A stretch of DNA of 64,000 nucleotides from Callorhinchus milii. Its lineage: Eukaryota. The stretch spans positions 7,688,001 to 7,752,000 of the forward strand of contig NW_024704750.1 of the NCBI RefSeq assembly GCF_018977255.1. Reading direction: 5' to 3'. Numbering within the stretch: the first letter of the stretch is position 1; each line of letters begins with the position of its first letter. The notes beneath the pieces are model-generated. The model had not been told where the DNA came from. It ran no database searches and was given only the letters and a program-made list of their open reading frames with translations. Below are positions 23,080 through 37,592 of this stretch, one piece after another. The translations under genes were made by a program, and so were the position numbers.

Positions 23080-26000
23080 TGTCTGTATCTGTGAGCCTTA
23101 CGTGCGTGTCTTTTGCAAGAAGTCGCTCGTTCAGTGTTAGGCGAACGGGCGAGTGAGTGAGTGAGTAAGTAAGTAAGTAGTGGTTGGGATTTTTTGGGCA
23201 TCTCACCGAGAGTGCGATTTGCAGGTTGGTCTCGTATTTTTGTGCAGCACTCTGTTTGCATCTGATATAAAGGTGGGTTATAATGTCATCCTAAGTAATT
23301 ACTCCCCCCCCCCCCCCCCCACATGAACAGCCAAAAGATGTTCTTCCTCTGGTCGTGGCTACTGAAAGCCCATGGATGGAATTGCTGCTCAGCAGTCTTG
23401 ACACATTGGCCAACAGTTGCCCCCTTTTTTGGGGGGGGATAAACAAGTCCAATTACAGCAGGCAATTAACACACCTGTGTTACAGTTAACACGGAGAAAA
23501 AAAGAGCAATTGTTCAAACTTTTTTTTTGAACCCCAAAACCCGTAGAAATATTTTCTTCTTTCTTTTTAAAAAAATGTTTTTTTTGCAGACACCACATTT
23601 GTAGGTCAGCCAATTAGACTGAAGTGAAAGAAGAAGCATCAAATCGTCATGAATGCAGAGATTATTCCTACCTGTAGGTGTCTAGAATTATTTTAGCGTA
23701 TGACACGAATACTGTATGTACCCAACACAAAGAAAGACCTTCCATACTGTTGCATTCGGCCAATCTAAAAGTAGCAATGGTGAACTGGTTGCAAATTAGC
23801 ATTTTTTAAAAAAATATATATATATATTTTATTATTCTTGTAATCGAGATCCAAAGTAGAGAATAGTGATTGGTATTTAACAGGCTTTGTATTTGCAAGT
23901 AAGTGACAACAGACCAAGAGCTAATGGATGCAGCTGTTGTAGTGACATGGTCTTCCATATGAATGTAATTCTAAACATTCAACTGATGTTAGCCATATAG
24001 ATCAAAGAGATCCATAGACCCCTGTCCATGTACTTGCTTATACCAGAATTTATTCGAGCCAGGGGCAAGTTTGCTCAGATCTTTTAAGGCTTTGTTGGAA
24101 GATTAAAGGAACTCCTTGAGTTAGGAATGAACGAACCTATCTAAAGCAGGTTCTCTGGATAAACAAACACTTTCTGAAACAGCCTTTTAGTTTGTTTAGA
24201 TTTTAACCAGTACTGTTATTTTTGAATTATAATTTCAGGACAATAAATTTGTAATATTAACACTGATGCACAATGTGCAATTTCAATTCTTGTTGCTTTG
24301 TATCTGCTTGTCCTGGATTACATGTTGACATATCTATAAAAAAATTAAAGAGATTCTGCCTGAACTCTTACTCACAAATAATGAGAAAAGGTAGGATTCC
24401 TTTCTTTTTTAAAAAAAAACCTTATTTGTAGAGTATTTTTCAATTTTGGTAAGAATTCTTTTAGTCATGAATATACAGGAAGCTGGATGATGTATTTTTT
24501 TGCCATGAATTCATTCAGGCAAGTTTAACTAGGATCGTCTTTAAGGGAAGAAAAATAGAAGAATTGTCAATCATCGATGAAAGTGTAGCTTGAGGCAGAC
24601 AGTTTCTTTAGAAATTGTAGGTGTTGCATGATTGGAGATGTTTACTGTGCTTCATATCTACTATGTTACCTTATCCCAATCTACATTGTATTTCAGCTGC
24701 TGCAAATTGACTCCAATGTCTACATATTTTTCAGCATGTTGTGCATATAGTTGGAGGAAAGTTGAATGTTTTTATTCTCATTCCAGTTCCTGGTGGATGT
24801 GCATGCATTATATAAAACTATCTAACTTTGTACTAAAATGGAGCCTTTACGCCAAGGTCACAAAAGATAACTGTTGTGTGGGGAAACCCTTGCTGCACCC
24901 GCTTCAGGAGGAGTACCTCTTTGGAATAGATTGATGGCTTTTTTTTACTGCCCTCTGGAAAGTAGAGGGCTTCATATTTCTCAAACAGTGTGGGTTTGAA
25001 ATAATACTGGTTCAGATTCTCAGTGGCTTGACCCAATTTTCAGTTTGACAGCACTCTTTAGGAAAAGAAACTGGCTTTGCTTTATTGGTTCATGATTGTA
25101 ATGCTTTGAGAGCTATTTCGTACACGAAATTGGCCTTTCATCTCCCAAATTTTGACGTTGAGCACCTTTGGATTTTGGTTTGTGTGTTTGAGGACAAGGA
25201 AGGGAAAGGAATTTGCAGCTATCGCAGGTTAACTTTGCATAATTTTAACTAGCCTCTATGAACAATAGCCTTCAGTACTACCTTGCAACCACCAACATCT
25301 TGATGATGAAACTGGATGCATTTAGTGAGCTATTAACCTGTGTTAAACAAAATTAAGATAAGCTTTGGCTTTAACCAGCATATGCTGTGTATCCAACAGA
25401 GGTCAATAATGACTTTTATCCTCGCCAATTTTCTGACATGAAATCACCATTTGAGTTTTATTGGCCTTCAGGAATAATAGATGTTAACACTTATGATAAA
25501 TCACAGGATTCCTCATAGTCTGATCTACTCGCAAGGAAAATGGCAATTGCTGATTCTTGTAAGGCAGTATATCTCCTGTCATGCAGCATGTTTGTAAGTT
25601 AGTGTTTTTTCAGTCTGATAAAGTATGGCCTTAAGCTTGTGAGTATTTAAACCTTTACAGTGTTGTCTTTGGGGACCATATAAATATGTGATGTTGCAAG
25701 AAAGGACCGTTGAAGTAGTACAGATTTATTAGCAAGTAAGCAATAGTGCTTTTTTAGTCTTTGACCCTGGTAAAACAAATATCCTTTGTTGTATGTGATG
25801 TATGGAGTGGGGGAGCTGTTTAATGCTGTCCTTCTCCCATAGCTCTTATGGTTGGTTGCCTTTCCGTAGATATTGCTGGCTCACAGGAGGTACCCGAGTA
25901 GATCTTGTGCAAAACTATTGTTTTCAAATTTTGAATGACTCTTGCACAAAATTCTGTTTTTGTGTGGCTTTCTCAATGTCCTTTGTCATTTGATTACTAC

Positions 26001-29000
26001 ATTGGATGAATTGCATCACTTTTTGTCAATAGCCATTAATATTTTCATGTCCTCGAGAATGTAGTTCACCAATGAAATAAACAACTACTATCTACAGTAA
26101 ATCCTAAGAAGCATTTTGGCAATGTGATAAAGAGCTATGTAAAATTCAAGTATAAATCTAACTTAAATGGAGTTGATGCCTTGAAATGATAACAGAAAGT
26201 AAATTATTGCTTGAATTGTCTAACAAAACTCTCTAAAGTATTCAAGAGAATTGTAGAATGTTCTGCCTTAAAATGAATTATTACGTTTCTATTATTAAAT
26301 GTACTCTAACATTGATCTGTACGACAGTGTTTGATTCACTACATTTATTATTGAATTCAATCTACTACATCGGTCTGTACCATAATGTTTGTGATTTTTG
26401 TAGGTTATCTTTAAGGCCAAAGCTAAATATTCTCCAGAGCTCAACAAATATAAGTAAGTTCCACTAGTCACTTTTACTGTAGTCTTTTGAACATCTATTG
26501 TGTAATATTTAGTGATATTTTTGTTTACAATTTCAAGGGACATTTTGCTACATTCTGAGATTAGCTCAGATGTCTGTTGAAATAAACATGGTCGCAGCTG
26601 TTGCTAAATATACACCCCAAATGATTGGTGATTGTTTCCTCTTTGTGTTGAGAAATCTACCAATACTTAACAAGTCAGTGGCTGCCAAAAGAAAAGAACG
26701 CTGTATTCATTGCAGAATCTTGTGACTTTTGTTTATAAATTAAGCGCCTCCTAAAAACAGATTCGCTATGAAGAAACTGCTTGATAGTAAAATTATAATG
26801 TATTTTATTGCATTTATTTTATTTTATGATTGGAGTTAGCATTCTCTTAATCACTTTCCCTTCAAATGTTTTCAGGATTCCATTAAGGCTGGCATTCTTG
26901 TTTGCTAGTATTCTCTTTCTGGTGGTGAACTTTACGTGTGCAATGCTAGTCCAGGGAGATGTGCCAGAGAGCCAGTTAAAGTGGACTGTGTTTGCCCGAG
27001 TGCTTATCAACGACAGCCTCTTTGTGCTTTGTGCCATTTCATTAGCTGTATGCATCTTCAAAATTGCAAAAATGTCATCAGCAAACGTGTACCTCGAATC
27101 AAAGGTAAAAGATCAAATGTTCACCCTCCAACTACAAAATGGTGTGTTTATTATTTAAGAATTCTTATATAGGATGAAATGTTCAGCAAAAAAAANCTAA
27201 CTTACTGTCCTGTAGCATCTTGCTAGCTGGTTAACTTGTCAATGGCCTTGTCATTTTTAAAAGGAAATGGCTAAAAAAAACACATTACATCTTTATACAA
27301 CAGTGTATAAAGAAGTAATGTGCTTTTTATTTGGGTTAATTCTGTTATGCTTTCTTTATTGCTTCTTAAGCACTGTTCACAATTAAGTAAATGGGATACA
27401 ACATGTAGAGTTAAATGACCAAAAGAGTAAAATCCTTTTTGATATTATGGACTTTTAACTAATTCTAGCATAATAGCTTGAGCTATTTTGTTATCTCATT
27501 CAGAGCACATTGTGTTATCCATCACTGCATACTTTTTTTGTGTCCCATGCTATTGTCCTCTGTTTTGCCTGCCTCTTAGTATTAAGCATACATCTGTATT
27601 GTTTTAACATTAGAAAAGAGAAATCTCACTGCTTTGGTTAAATATATTGTTTTAGCTTTTTATCACAAAAGGTGATTTCTGCAAATGCCTGGCCTCAAAA
27701 GTGTTGGGAATTTCAGAAAGCAGTTCTTTGTTAAAGGGTGCTTTCTACCTCACCGTTGATGGACAACTTTAAGTTTATTTTTAAACAAATTGGCAAAGGT
27801 GATTAATCTTTTTTGTGGGCTGCACAACTGTCATTTGTATTAATGTCTGTATTAATGTCATTTGCAGTTTGTACTTGCAAGAAGATTTTGAAGTAAGATT
27901 TCTTTTGGTTTTAACATTTGTTTCATGTTGAATGAATTCTCACTTATTTAATAGAAAAGATGCATATTTTGAAAGGCGAATATTTTAAACGTTGAAAATG
28001 TGCCTAAATGTTTGTGCTGATCAGAGTATGAGTTGATGGTGATGAAGGTCAGATCACTTTTTTTTCTCTCTCTGATTTACAAGCTTAGTAATGCTTTGAG
28101 AAATCCATTAATCTGCTGCATTAAATGTGTTAAATTGCATACAAAGAGTGTAACAATATTTTTTTCTCTTTCAGGGGACATCAGTATGTCAGGCAACACT
28201 TGTAGGGGCTGCAGTGATCCTGTTTTATATATCCAGGGCTTCTTATAATCTGGTTGTTGTCTTCATGGCTCCAGAAGATAGGCCTAGTGCATTCAATTAC
28301 GGCTGGTACAACGTGTCCGATCAGGTAGGTTTATCAAATGACACTTTTTTTAAACATTTATCAAATTATGGCTAATAGGTATTTCTGTTGCCAGTAGAAA
28401 AAAACACATAAATTTAAGGAGCTGGATCTGCAATTGTGTACTGTATTTGTTTAACCAATTTCATTAGGTAGTAGTGGTTCACTTATCAGTTGGCAAATGC
28501 AGGAGCTGGTGTTTCAATCACTAGTACTAACAAGATAGGAGCTCCTGAATTGGGGTTGGATAAATCAGATCAGGGTGTGTGTTTTTTTTCTTCTTCTCAA
28601 TAATGTACTGCCCAGGCCTGTATTTGTAAAGCGTGTGGTGAAAATTACAATTTTTAAGTTTCAATGAAGAAATTCCATTGGAATGTGCTACTTGACTTAT
28701 AATAATAATAATAATTATCCTGCAAAGCGCTTTGAGTCTTAATGAAATGATAAAGCGCTGTATCAAAAGCAAGTATAAGTACTATTATGATTATTACTAT
28801 TATTAAACCAGCATCAGTCTAATCAGTCTAACCTCGGCAAACATCCCTGCTCCAAAAGTAATCTGACCAAATTGAGTACTATTATTATTACTTAACTTAT
28901 GTACTATTATAGTAGTCAACACTGTCTATTAGTCTTTGAGTCAATGCTTTAATAGTTCTCTATCTGTTTAAAAACAAATGTTTTTTTAAAAAAAACCTTG

Positions 29001-32000
29001 AATATAGTATATTAAATTATATTAACTTCACCTTTGCAGGCTGATGTTGAGAAAATCAGTGGTCGAGCTTATGTGGTATTTGGAACAATTCTTTTCCTGT
29101 GGGAGTTATTGCCGACGAGCTTGGTGGTGTTTTTTTNCCGGGTGCAGAGACCAAATCAAAATCTGGTATGAAATTGGCATGAAAGTTTATTTTTAACATT
29201 GTTCCTGTTAGTTGGTCAGGGCCTTGGGACGTCCTCCTGACGTGAAAGGCGCTCTATAAATGGAATCTTGTTGTTGATGTAGATGTTCTAGTGGAATTGT
29301 ATTACTAACCTACCTATCCACCTCAAATGTAGATGTCTTTTATAAAACAATAAGTACATTTATAAGAAGCCTTTTTACAGTACAATATCTCGAAGTTTCA
29401 CTTTCATTACTCCTTAAGTTCATGGAATTGTACAATTTCTCGTACAGGTTGTTTAGCTATGGTACCCACATCGTAACGAAAAACTGGTCTACCCACACAG
29501 GTTTTTCCAGCAAGATTACTGGATAGGAAGTACGAGTGAGAATTCCTAAATTTACTGCTGCTATTCTAGTCTTCTAAATTCGTGAAAGCCGAGAGCACTC
29601 TGCTCCCACTGAGGGCAGTTGAGTTGCAATACCAAGACCAGGTTGAGATTCAGACTTACAATCCTCTGATTTTTTTGCACAGCTAGAGCTACCAGTTTAC
29701 CTGGAGTGTAACCTTGTTCATTTATGTTGAATGTGTAGCATAACTTAAAAATTCAAACTAGGATTATAACTTAGTACTCATTTTGTACATTTTGCAGATA
29801 CTTTATTCAATGGTGTTGTTCTGTTCTCATTATTTATGCTCGACACTACAGTATAACATCATATGTTTTGGGTTGCGATGGATGGTGATTAATCTGCCTA
29901 GAGCCCTGATATTTCAGGATGCCATTACTAAAATAAATAACTGTCAGGCTTCTTTTCACAAAGCAAATAACCTGTAAAACTGCTGCGTTCTGTAATTCAA
30001 CCAAATAATATTTACCTTTCATAAAAGTATGCAACCTGATCTGTTAATTTGCTCAATAATCATTTTCTCAAACAATTCAGCTCTGATAGCTTTTGAGGTT
30101 TATATTTTTATGTACAATGTTTTTTTTATTTGATTCAGCTGAGTCCTCAGATGACCTGAGTAATGGAGTCCATTTCAGATGAGGTTACGCCACAGATGGG
30201 TACACAATCTGACAATAATGAAACGCGCAGAATGTTACTATTTTCCACAATTGCAAAATACCATCTGACCGAATAGCAGTTGCATTGACTGAACAGTATA
30301 ATCTGATGTGTGTGCTATCATTAAGTTTGTCTTGATTGTGAGTCACACTGACTTTCTGTTTAATATGCAAAGAATTCCTGAAGAAGACATCTAAGGAGAC
30401 AATTATTTTTATCTAATGTGCCTCAGATCTAGTATTCTTGGAAAGGCATCAGAAGGTGCCTCTTTGCACCCCCCACCCCATATGATGGTTTTTAAAGTGG
30501 TAGGAGAACATTTCAGATTTAGAGGTAACTTGTTCGGGAAGCAGGTAAACAGCTTGGCTGCGATGTTTGTAAGCCTGTTCATTTAATTAAATGCAAATCC
30601 CCATTTCAAAGGTTCTTTCAAAAGATTCTGCTCCTCCTACCCAGAGAAGTAAAAGCAAATCTAAATGCCCATTTGTTTAGCACGCAACAGGTTATCCATG
30701 AACTCTGTCTGGTTCAATGTTACTACCACAACAACGTGACCCCTTGGAGAGGCTCTGAGTGAAGCACACAACTTGGTTTGAGCTCCTTCAGTACTGTGAA
30801 GATTCAGTGCAGCTTAATCATGTAGTTTGATTGTAACTACAGAATATTCTTAAACCTTTGCAGCACCCTTGAGTGGAGTAAACACTCAGACCCTGCCCTG
30901 CATGAAAGGTGCTATCTGAATGCAAGTCATTGTTGAATAATTTGCCTATATGAACCAGAAGGGGCACGTTTGAATATACCAGATTGTATCTTTTGATTGT
31001 AATGTTTAGTCTTTGGTAAGAAGAAAAATGAAAGTATAAGTCAAAGGGAAACTTCTGCTCAGATAGCCAATCATGCAAGACTGAATTCTGCCTCAAAACT
31101 AACAAAAAATGAAGTTTTTTTTAAAAAAATTTATGACTTTATCTTTACTTTATTTTCTAGGGATCAGGTGGAATGATCAACAGTCACAGTTTCAGTTCTC
31201 GGGCTTACTTTTTTGATAATCCGAGACGATACGATAGTGATGACGATTTGACTAGAAGCATTGGTTCTAGAGGAGAAAGGGGAAGGTAAGTGAAGCCCTT
31301 CTCTAGAAGTGGCAATCTCTACATTATGAAAACTGAACCATTTGAGATGAATAGTAATAACCTCTTCAATAGTATCAGAAGCTCTACTCACTATGGAAGC
31401 AATTTTAATTACCAGTAAAACATTTACAGTTAACATTGTTCTTGCTTTCACTGCATCTATGATGATCAAAACAAACTAAAATCATGTAGCTCTTTACCTC
31501 CATCTTTAATCACACTACCTCACACAGTTGCCACCTCATGCATGTGCTATTGCAATCCCACCCTGCATTCCCTGACCCCACCTTTACAGATTGAGATCTA
31601 GAGCTAAATTCTTTGTTCGGCTGCTGTACTTGATGTTGTATTGTCTAATTCGTCTGGTCATGGCATTAATGGCTGCCTGTGAAAGCTTGAGACTGGGAAT
31701 TGGATAGCATGAATAGCTCTTTAACACCTAATTTGCAAAGCAATTAGGAGCAACAGAAAAAGATCTGAAGGTAAGGGTCCTATAAAAGGCTCCTTCACAC
31801 CTTGATTGAGGAAATTTATCAGGAAGCCACTTCAACGCTGCATTCCATCAGAGTATTCTTCAACAGACAACCTTAATAGAATAATTAATCCAACACACCA
31901 AGCTAAGTGTGGTCTTGGAAGATTGGATATGAGTTGGAAAAACCTAATAGATTTGTTTAGGGATTGACACTTTTCCATTTTGAGTGTGGCCTTGCTCCCA

Positions 32001-32750
32001 ACCAAAGTGCTTCTTAAAGAAATTTATTGTAACGATCAGAGCAAAGATCTTTGTAATCTGGTATCTGATTCCATATATCCTGATTGGATTGTTCTTGGGT
32101 CTCATCCTAACTGCCTAATTCTCAATTTTGTGCCTGTAACCCATTGTTCCTGCTTTACGCCCAGGACTATCCTGAGGAGAACTTATTTACTGAATGGACA
32201 GTATTAGGGGATTTCAAGTCATACTAGCTGAGTCAAGTCATATTAGCTAACTGCTTCCTCTCCAAGCAGTTACTAAGAATGTTGCATTGTAAGATTTCTG
32301 TTGCCTCTTAAGGTGTAAGTAGTAAGGCTTGGGTTTCCACAAGACTTCCCCCACCCCCGGTGAATTCCTCATCTCAAACTGACTGTGTGGGAAAGGGCCT
32401 AGTAGAAGCTAGGTGCTTCTCCACACATGCCCACAATATAGATTGTTTGTGGTGAATAAAAGAGGGTACAAAATATTTTTAGCTGCAGTTAATTTTTTTC
32501 CTTTGTACAAGTCTAAAAATCCCCCCTTTTTTTCCTACTGTTTTTAAGCATCCTATCAACAACGCCACAGGGCACTGGTTGGTATGGGACCATTCATAGG
32601 AATAACAGTTACAGCGTGGTCCCTCACTTACTGAATGGACCTCCAGCAGCTACAGCACCACTTCTCTTCGCTTATGGTAACATCCAAACCAATCACCACC
32701 ATAACTATTATTCAACACCACAAAACTATTACTCAACACCACAGAACTGA
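22276..32750 (+). CDS. GPR137C: GPR137-family lysosomal 7TM protein; 7 exons, 422 aa
   Basis: Exons 22276-22662 ([19 protein letters not shown]), 26404-26453, 26876-27104 ([12 protein letters not shown]), 28175-28324 ([11 protein letters not shown]), 29040-29165 ([11 protein letters not shown]; N at 29137), 31161-31285 ([18 protein letters not shown]), 32549-32750. Total 1269 nt. The C paralog is assigned from its position between TXNDC16 and ERO1A and its TPQN* C-terminus. Confidence 0.92.
23042..23082. repeat. Compound (CT)n(GT)n microsatellite
   Basis: Seen directly. Other simple repeats: (TG)9 22255-22272, C17 23304-23320, (GAGT)n ~58726-58752, (TA)n ~59790-59812. Confidence 0.9.
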
Positions 32751-35700
32751 ATGGAATCTGCAGTTCTGTGGCAGTGTTTACATGGCGGATTGTGTGGGCT
32801 AACCTCTCGGCACATTACAAACAAATGATTGAAAGCATTCCAATTGCTGACGTGCAATTCTGAAAGAAAAAGCTGTCAATGAAGTAACCTTAAGAAAGCA
32901 GCATCAATGATTATACATCAAAGCTTACTGAACTCCTGTAGCATCGTGGCTTGCTTTGATTGTAGTAAGTTGGGCTGCATAATTGCACTTTTACCTGCAC
33001 TTGCAATCTGAACAAAAGTATGGAAATGCGCTATACCAAGACCAATATTCAGAAATATATCGCAGGTTTTTAGAATTGATATGGACAGGGCAGAGAAGCT
33101 ATTTTCTTAGTGACTTGACCGTTGTAAAGTTTGTGCTTTAAATGTATTTCAATGTATGGTTTATGTAAGAGTTCATGTCCAAATTGCCATTGTTAAAACA
33201 AAAATACAGTGGCTGTTTAAATACATTAATGCTGTGATGCATGGATTTCAAATGTATTCCTATAGTATTGCATTTAAACAATCTGTACATGGGTATTGTA
33301 CTTTTTTTGGTCATGGGAGTAGTATTAACAATTTAGTTGTATTTCATTTAAATACAAATTTATTGTACTGGATTTAAGTCTAACATAGCATTTGGCTTCA
33401 AAAGAGGCTATATACAGTGCATTGGAATAGAATGCATGATGCTGTGTTTAACCATTTACCACTTTTAAAACCGTATACATATCTAGGTTTCAAGTTATGC
33501 TGGTAGACTAATATGAAAACTAACATCTTTAAATATATTGTCACATAACACTTCTGTAATTGCAAAACTGTCAGCATCACATTAAGATCCTATTTTGATG
33601 TAGCACAATAGTAGAATTGCATGTTGCTAATGGGAGATTTAAAAAATATATCTGAGGTTCTTTGTTCTTGAGGGCTGGTTTCTTCAAACAAGGATGAAAC
33701 GGTTATTGGATTTTATGTTTGTGGTGTGATTATATTTTCTAACAAAAGGTGATACTGAACATATCTGATATAAAAATGTGTGCTAAAATATTTTGTACAC
33801 TTACTGCATTCCCTTTAAAAAAAGTGATTATATACACTACACAATTGTTGCAGGACACAGATTAAAATGACCTCTAACATGAACATGTGCAAACAGGTGT
33901 ACAAACCAACTGCACTTGCTGTTATTTTTTACTTTTTAGAATGTGTTAATGAAAGTGGTGCCGGTCTATAATCCAGCAAATGAATGTGAACTCAGCTTGT
34001 TTTGGTCTGAGGCTACTCAACTGTTTGACATTCTTGCATTTCTGATCGAAGTGGAATGCACTAAATCAAATGTGTGACTGAACCTTAATGAAATAGATGT
34101 GCTTCAGTAACAACAATTATCTAGTGAATACTTAATCAGCACTTCATATTAAATCAGATATCGGCCAGGTTTCAAACATAGCATTAATTTCTGGTGCACT
34201 TTATTCTGGAAGTGTCGCTTAAGAGAATTTTCCATCAATTAAGGCCTGGTTTCAATAGGTTAAATGATTTCCTGGTCAGGTAAGAGTGCTAGGTTGCCTG
34301 ATAAAAGTTGTCTCAGATTTAAAGAATTAAATGTATTTCATTAGAAATTCTTCTTCTGAGTTGGAGCTGTAAATGATGCATTCAAATTGCCAAGGATGCT
34401 GCATCGAGTCCCACCTACTCAATGCATCATGAATATCCCCTAGGAGTTTATTTTGTGGGTGTTTAGAAATGTTAACTTTTTTTTAAAAGAAAGTTAATTC
34501 CAAGTAGATGCAAAAATGCAATTACTTAATCATTAACTTATTAACTTTCCCCTTAAAATGTTTTAACACTGCTCGGTGAAGTGATACCACAGCAAGAATC
34601 CTGAAGTCTAGTTTTTTTTTCCAGGGCGGGGGGAAAAAAAATCATTACTAACCTTTTGAGCCCTATTATAATTATTGATGCTTAATAATTTAGCATCTGT
34701 GTAAACTGCAAAAGTTTAACTTTTTCCTGTAAACTTGTATTTTTACCTCTGTTAAGATTAAATCTACTCGGTACAGTTCTGAATAGTGTTTAAATTTGTG
34801 CCCTGCAGTATCGTGTAGATAGTTTTGAACTTGCACTTTTATTTCGGAGAATGTGTATGTGTGTAGTAGCCATTCGATTACATGAATGTGTAGTGAAATA
34901 TGAGCTTTCTTTCCCCACAAAAACAGTACTTGTTAAACTCTGGTGTAGAGCAGCTTAAAAGACTTAAATTGTGCCTGTTGCTAATAGTTCAACAGTTAAT
35001 GCTCTCATGAGCATGGACATTTTATAGTGGCTGTTGCTGATATATAGCATTCATTTACATCTTGCAAAAGTACAAATCTTCATGCAATAATAAATAAACC
35101 TGACATTCTGAGACATTTTACAATCTGCATGGACAAAAAAATACACTTATATATAAATGTTTTCTCTTCAGAAATCTTGGTCCCATGTACTTATGCTGGA
35201 ATGTAAAACTAAACTTAAATTTGATTCACAGTACAAAACTCAAATTCTAAACTTTTAATTTGACCTACAAAAAGGAATAAAACTGAGCTGTTTATTTCAC
35301 AGATTCGTTGGAGTATCTGTGCCAAAAGTACATTTAGTAATCCAATGTTAATGGCTGTTAATTATGAATACTGTACCATTTTATTGAATTGGATCTAATT
35401 TCTAGTTGTTTTTGCATTGTTTTGCTTGGTCACAAGTTGACTTGGTGCTTAATGTACCCAAAGCTCATTTTAATTGTGTCTTTCATCCAGTCCATGAGTG
35501 AATTGTCTAGCTGACAGTTTATCTGAAGATCTAAAGCTTGTCGATTGGTGTATGGAAGTATCTGAAAACCAGGATCTGACCAGCAAGATAAACCTTGCCT
35601 ATGCTATTGGTTTACTATGTGTAGCAAGTGATTGATGTATCTCCACTTTAATAATTGTGTTTTTTGTTGTCATGTTGATCTGAGCCTTCAATTTCTCTGC

Positions 35701-37592
35701 TTTAAAATGTGCAATTTGTTTTTGTCTAACTAGAGATTCAAAGGTAAACTTCTGCAAACTAACCAAACTTTTAATGTGTTTTTATTGCCATAATTAACAT
35801 CTAGACAGAAACTTAATAAATGAATGCTTGAGCAGAGAAATATTCCTTTCTTTAAAAACTCTCAATTCTTTTCTTCACAAAAAATTCTTGGAATTTTTCA
35901 ATATTAAATGTTAAGGCTTTCATGTCATCTTCAAACCTACATACTTAGTAAGTGAGAATGTTTAAGGATATGTGTGTTGTTGGTGCCATTGGATTATTCG
36001 TAAAAACAATTAAAAAAAAATTACCATTTGTATTTGTACTGTTGACCATAAAGCTGTTTATTTTACTGTGGCCAATGAATGTAATGGACTACTTATGTAA
36101 CTCACAAAGTTGTAACACAAGCACTACCATGTTTTGAATAAAAATGTTTTATGGCATTCTTTTCAAAGCTAACGTTTTTCAGATTCGTTTTTGAATTTCA
36201 ATTTCATTGAAAAGCTCTACAGTTTTGCAAAATACAGAATCTTGCATATTCTATTCTGTACTGACAGCTCAAGGCAATAAAGCTCTGGCAGCAAAATGAT
36301 CATCCAATCTGAGATGGTGTGTGTAATGCAGAATATTCATTCACTACATAGCCTGGCAGCTGTTATCAAAGAATCTAGTTAATGCATTAATCTAAAATCT
36401 GCCTCCAAGCTTGTTTGTTTATTTGGCATTTCCAGTAAATCAATAGTTGTAATGGACTAACTTATATATACTTTGAAATGAACAGGTCACATGTACCAGT
36501 AACACTTTGGGCCAAATGCGAGAAGCTCACACTGAGTAAAATGTTGGTGTAATGGCACAACTCACTTACATTTTGTGGTAAGGAAAGGTAGTGTCTAGTT
36601 GCTTCATCAATGTTGAGGTGGTAGATGCATTCCCTCTTCTGCTTGGTAAGGAAATATTCACTCAATTCATAGAATCTTACCATGTTTGTAATACATGATT
36701 GCATTTGTGTGGTTCCAGCATCTACTCTGGAGTATTTATCCTATTCCTCCACTCTTCACATACCCATTAATAAAACTTGCATATCTTGATACTAGAAGAA
36801 ACGGTTGTATCTTTCTATTTCTAGGCACTTGGTTGATAATTTATAACTAAACCTCCCCATATTGTTAAGTAGTTTATTCTAAAATCAGGTTTTTTGAACA
36901 GTATATGTCATCATTCAAAACAGGACTTACAAAAGTAGATGTTTCTTTAAAAAAAAACTTGGATTTGTATAAGTACACATTGTGATCAGTAAATACAAAG
37001 GTATACAGTGTGGTTTTCCAATCCAAATGAATGGCATAGTGACTTACAATTTTGCTTGCCTCCTAGGTTTAAGATACGTTTCTTAAATTTAGAGAAAATA
37101 GGCTATAGTTTATTTGCTAAAATCAACTTGATAGACCATTGCAGCCAATTGAACATTTTTTCCCCCCAAAAGTAAAATGGCTTTGACAGGCTCTGACTGA
37201 TTTTCTGGTGTAAAAACAAACGTTCAAAAAGTAAACATTTTTTTTAAAAAGGAAAAATACTTTTTGGAAACTATCCTAAAGATGTAACTTTCAATCAGTA
37301 GTAGTTCACTAATCATATAAACTTAGTTAAATAAATTACGGTAACTTAATTTTTTATTTGCAGTAGAAATTCAAACCAAAAAACTGAACTGTAATTCTTA
37401 AATTTCCAGATCTCACAGATCATCTGGCAAAATCAGTTTCTTCCTCTGAACAATATGCAAGCAGTTAGCCTATTGCTGCTGCTCTGAAATATAACACAAC
37501 TCTCAATTGTAGATCCCAGTTTCTTGACAGTAATTTGCTTTGTCATATTTCACAAAAGTCACTTGATTTCTGAGACTGATGATTTTGTCCCA

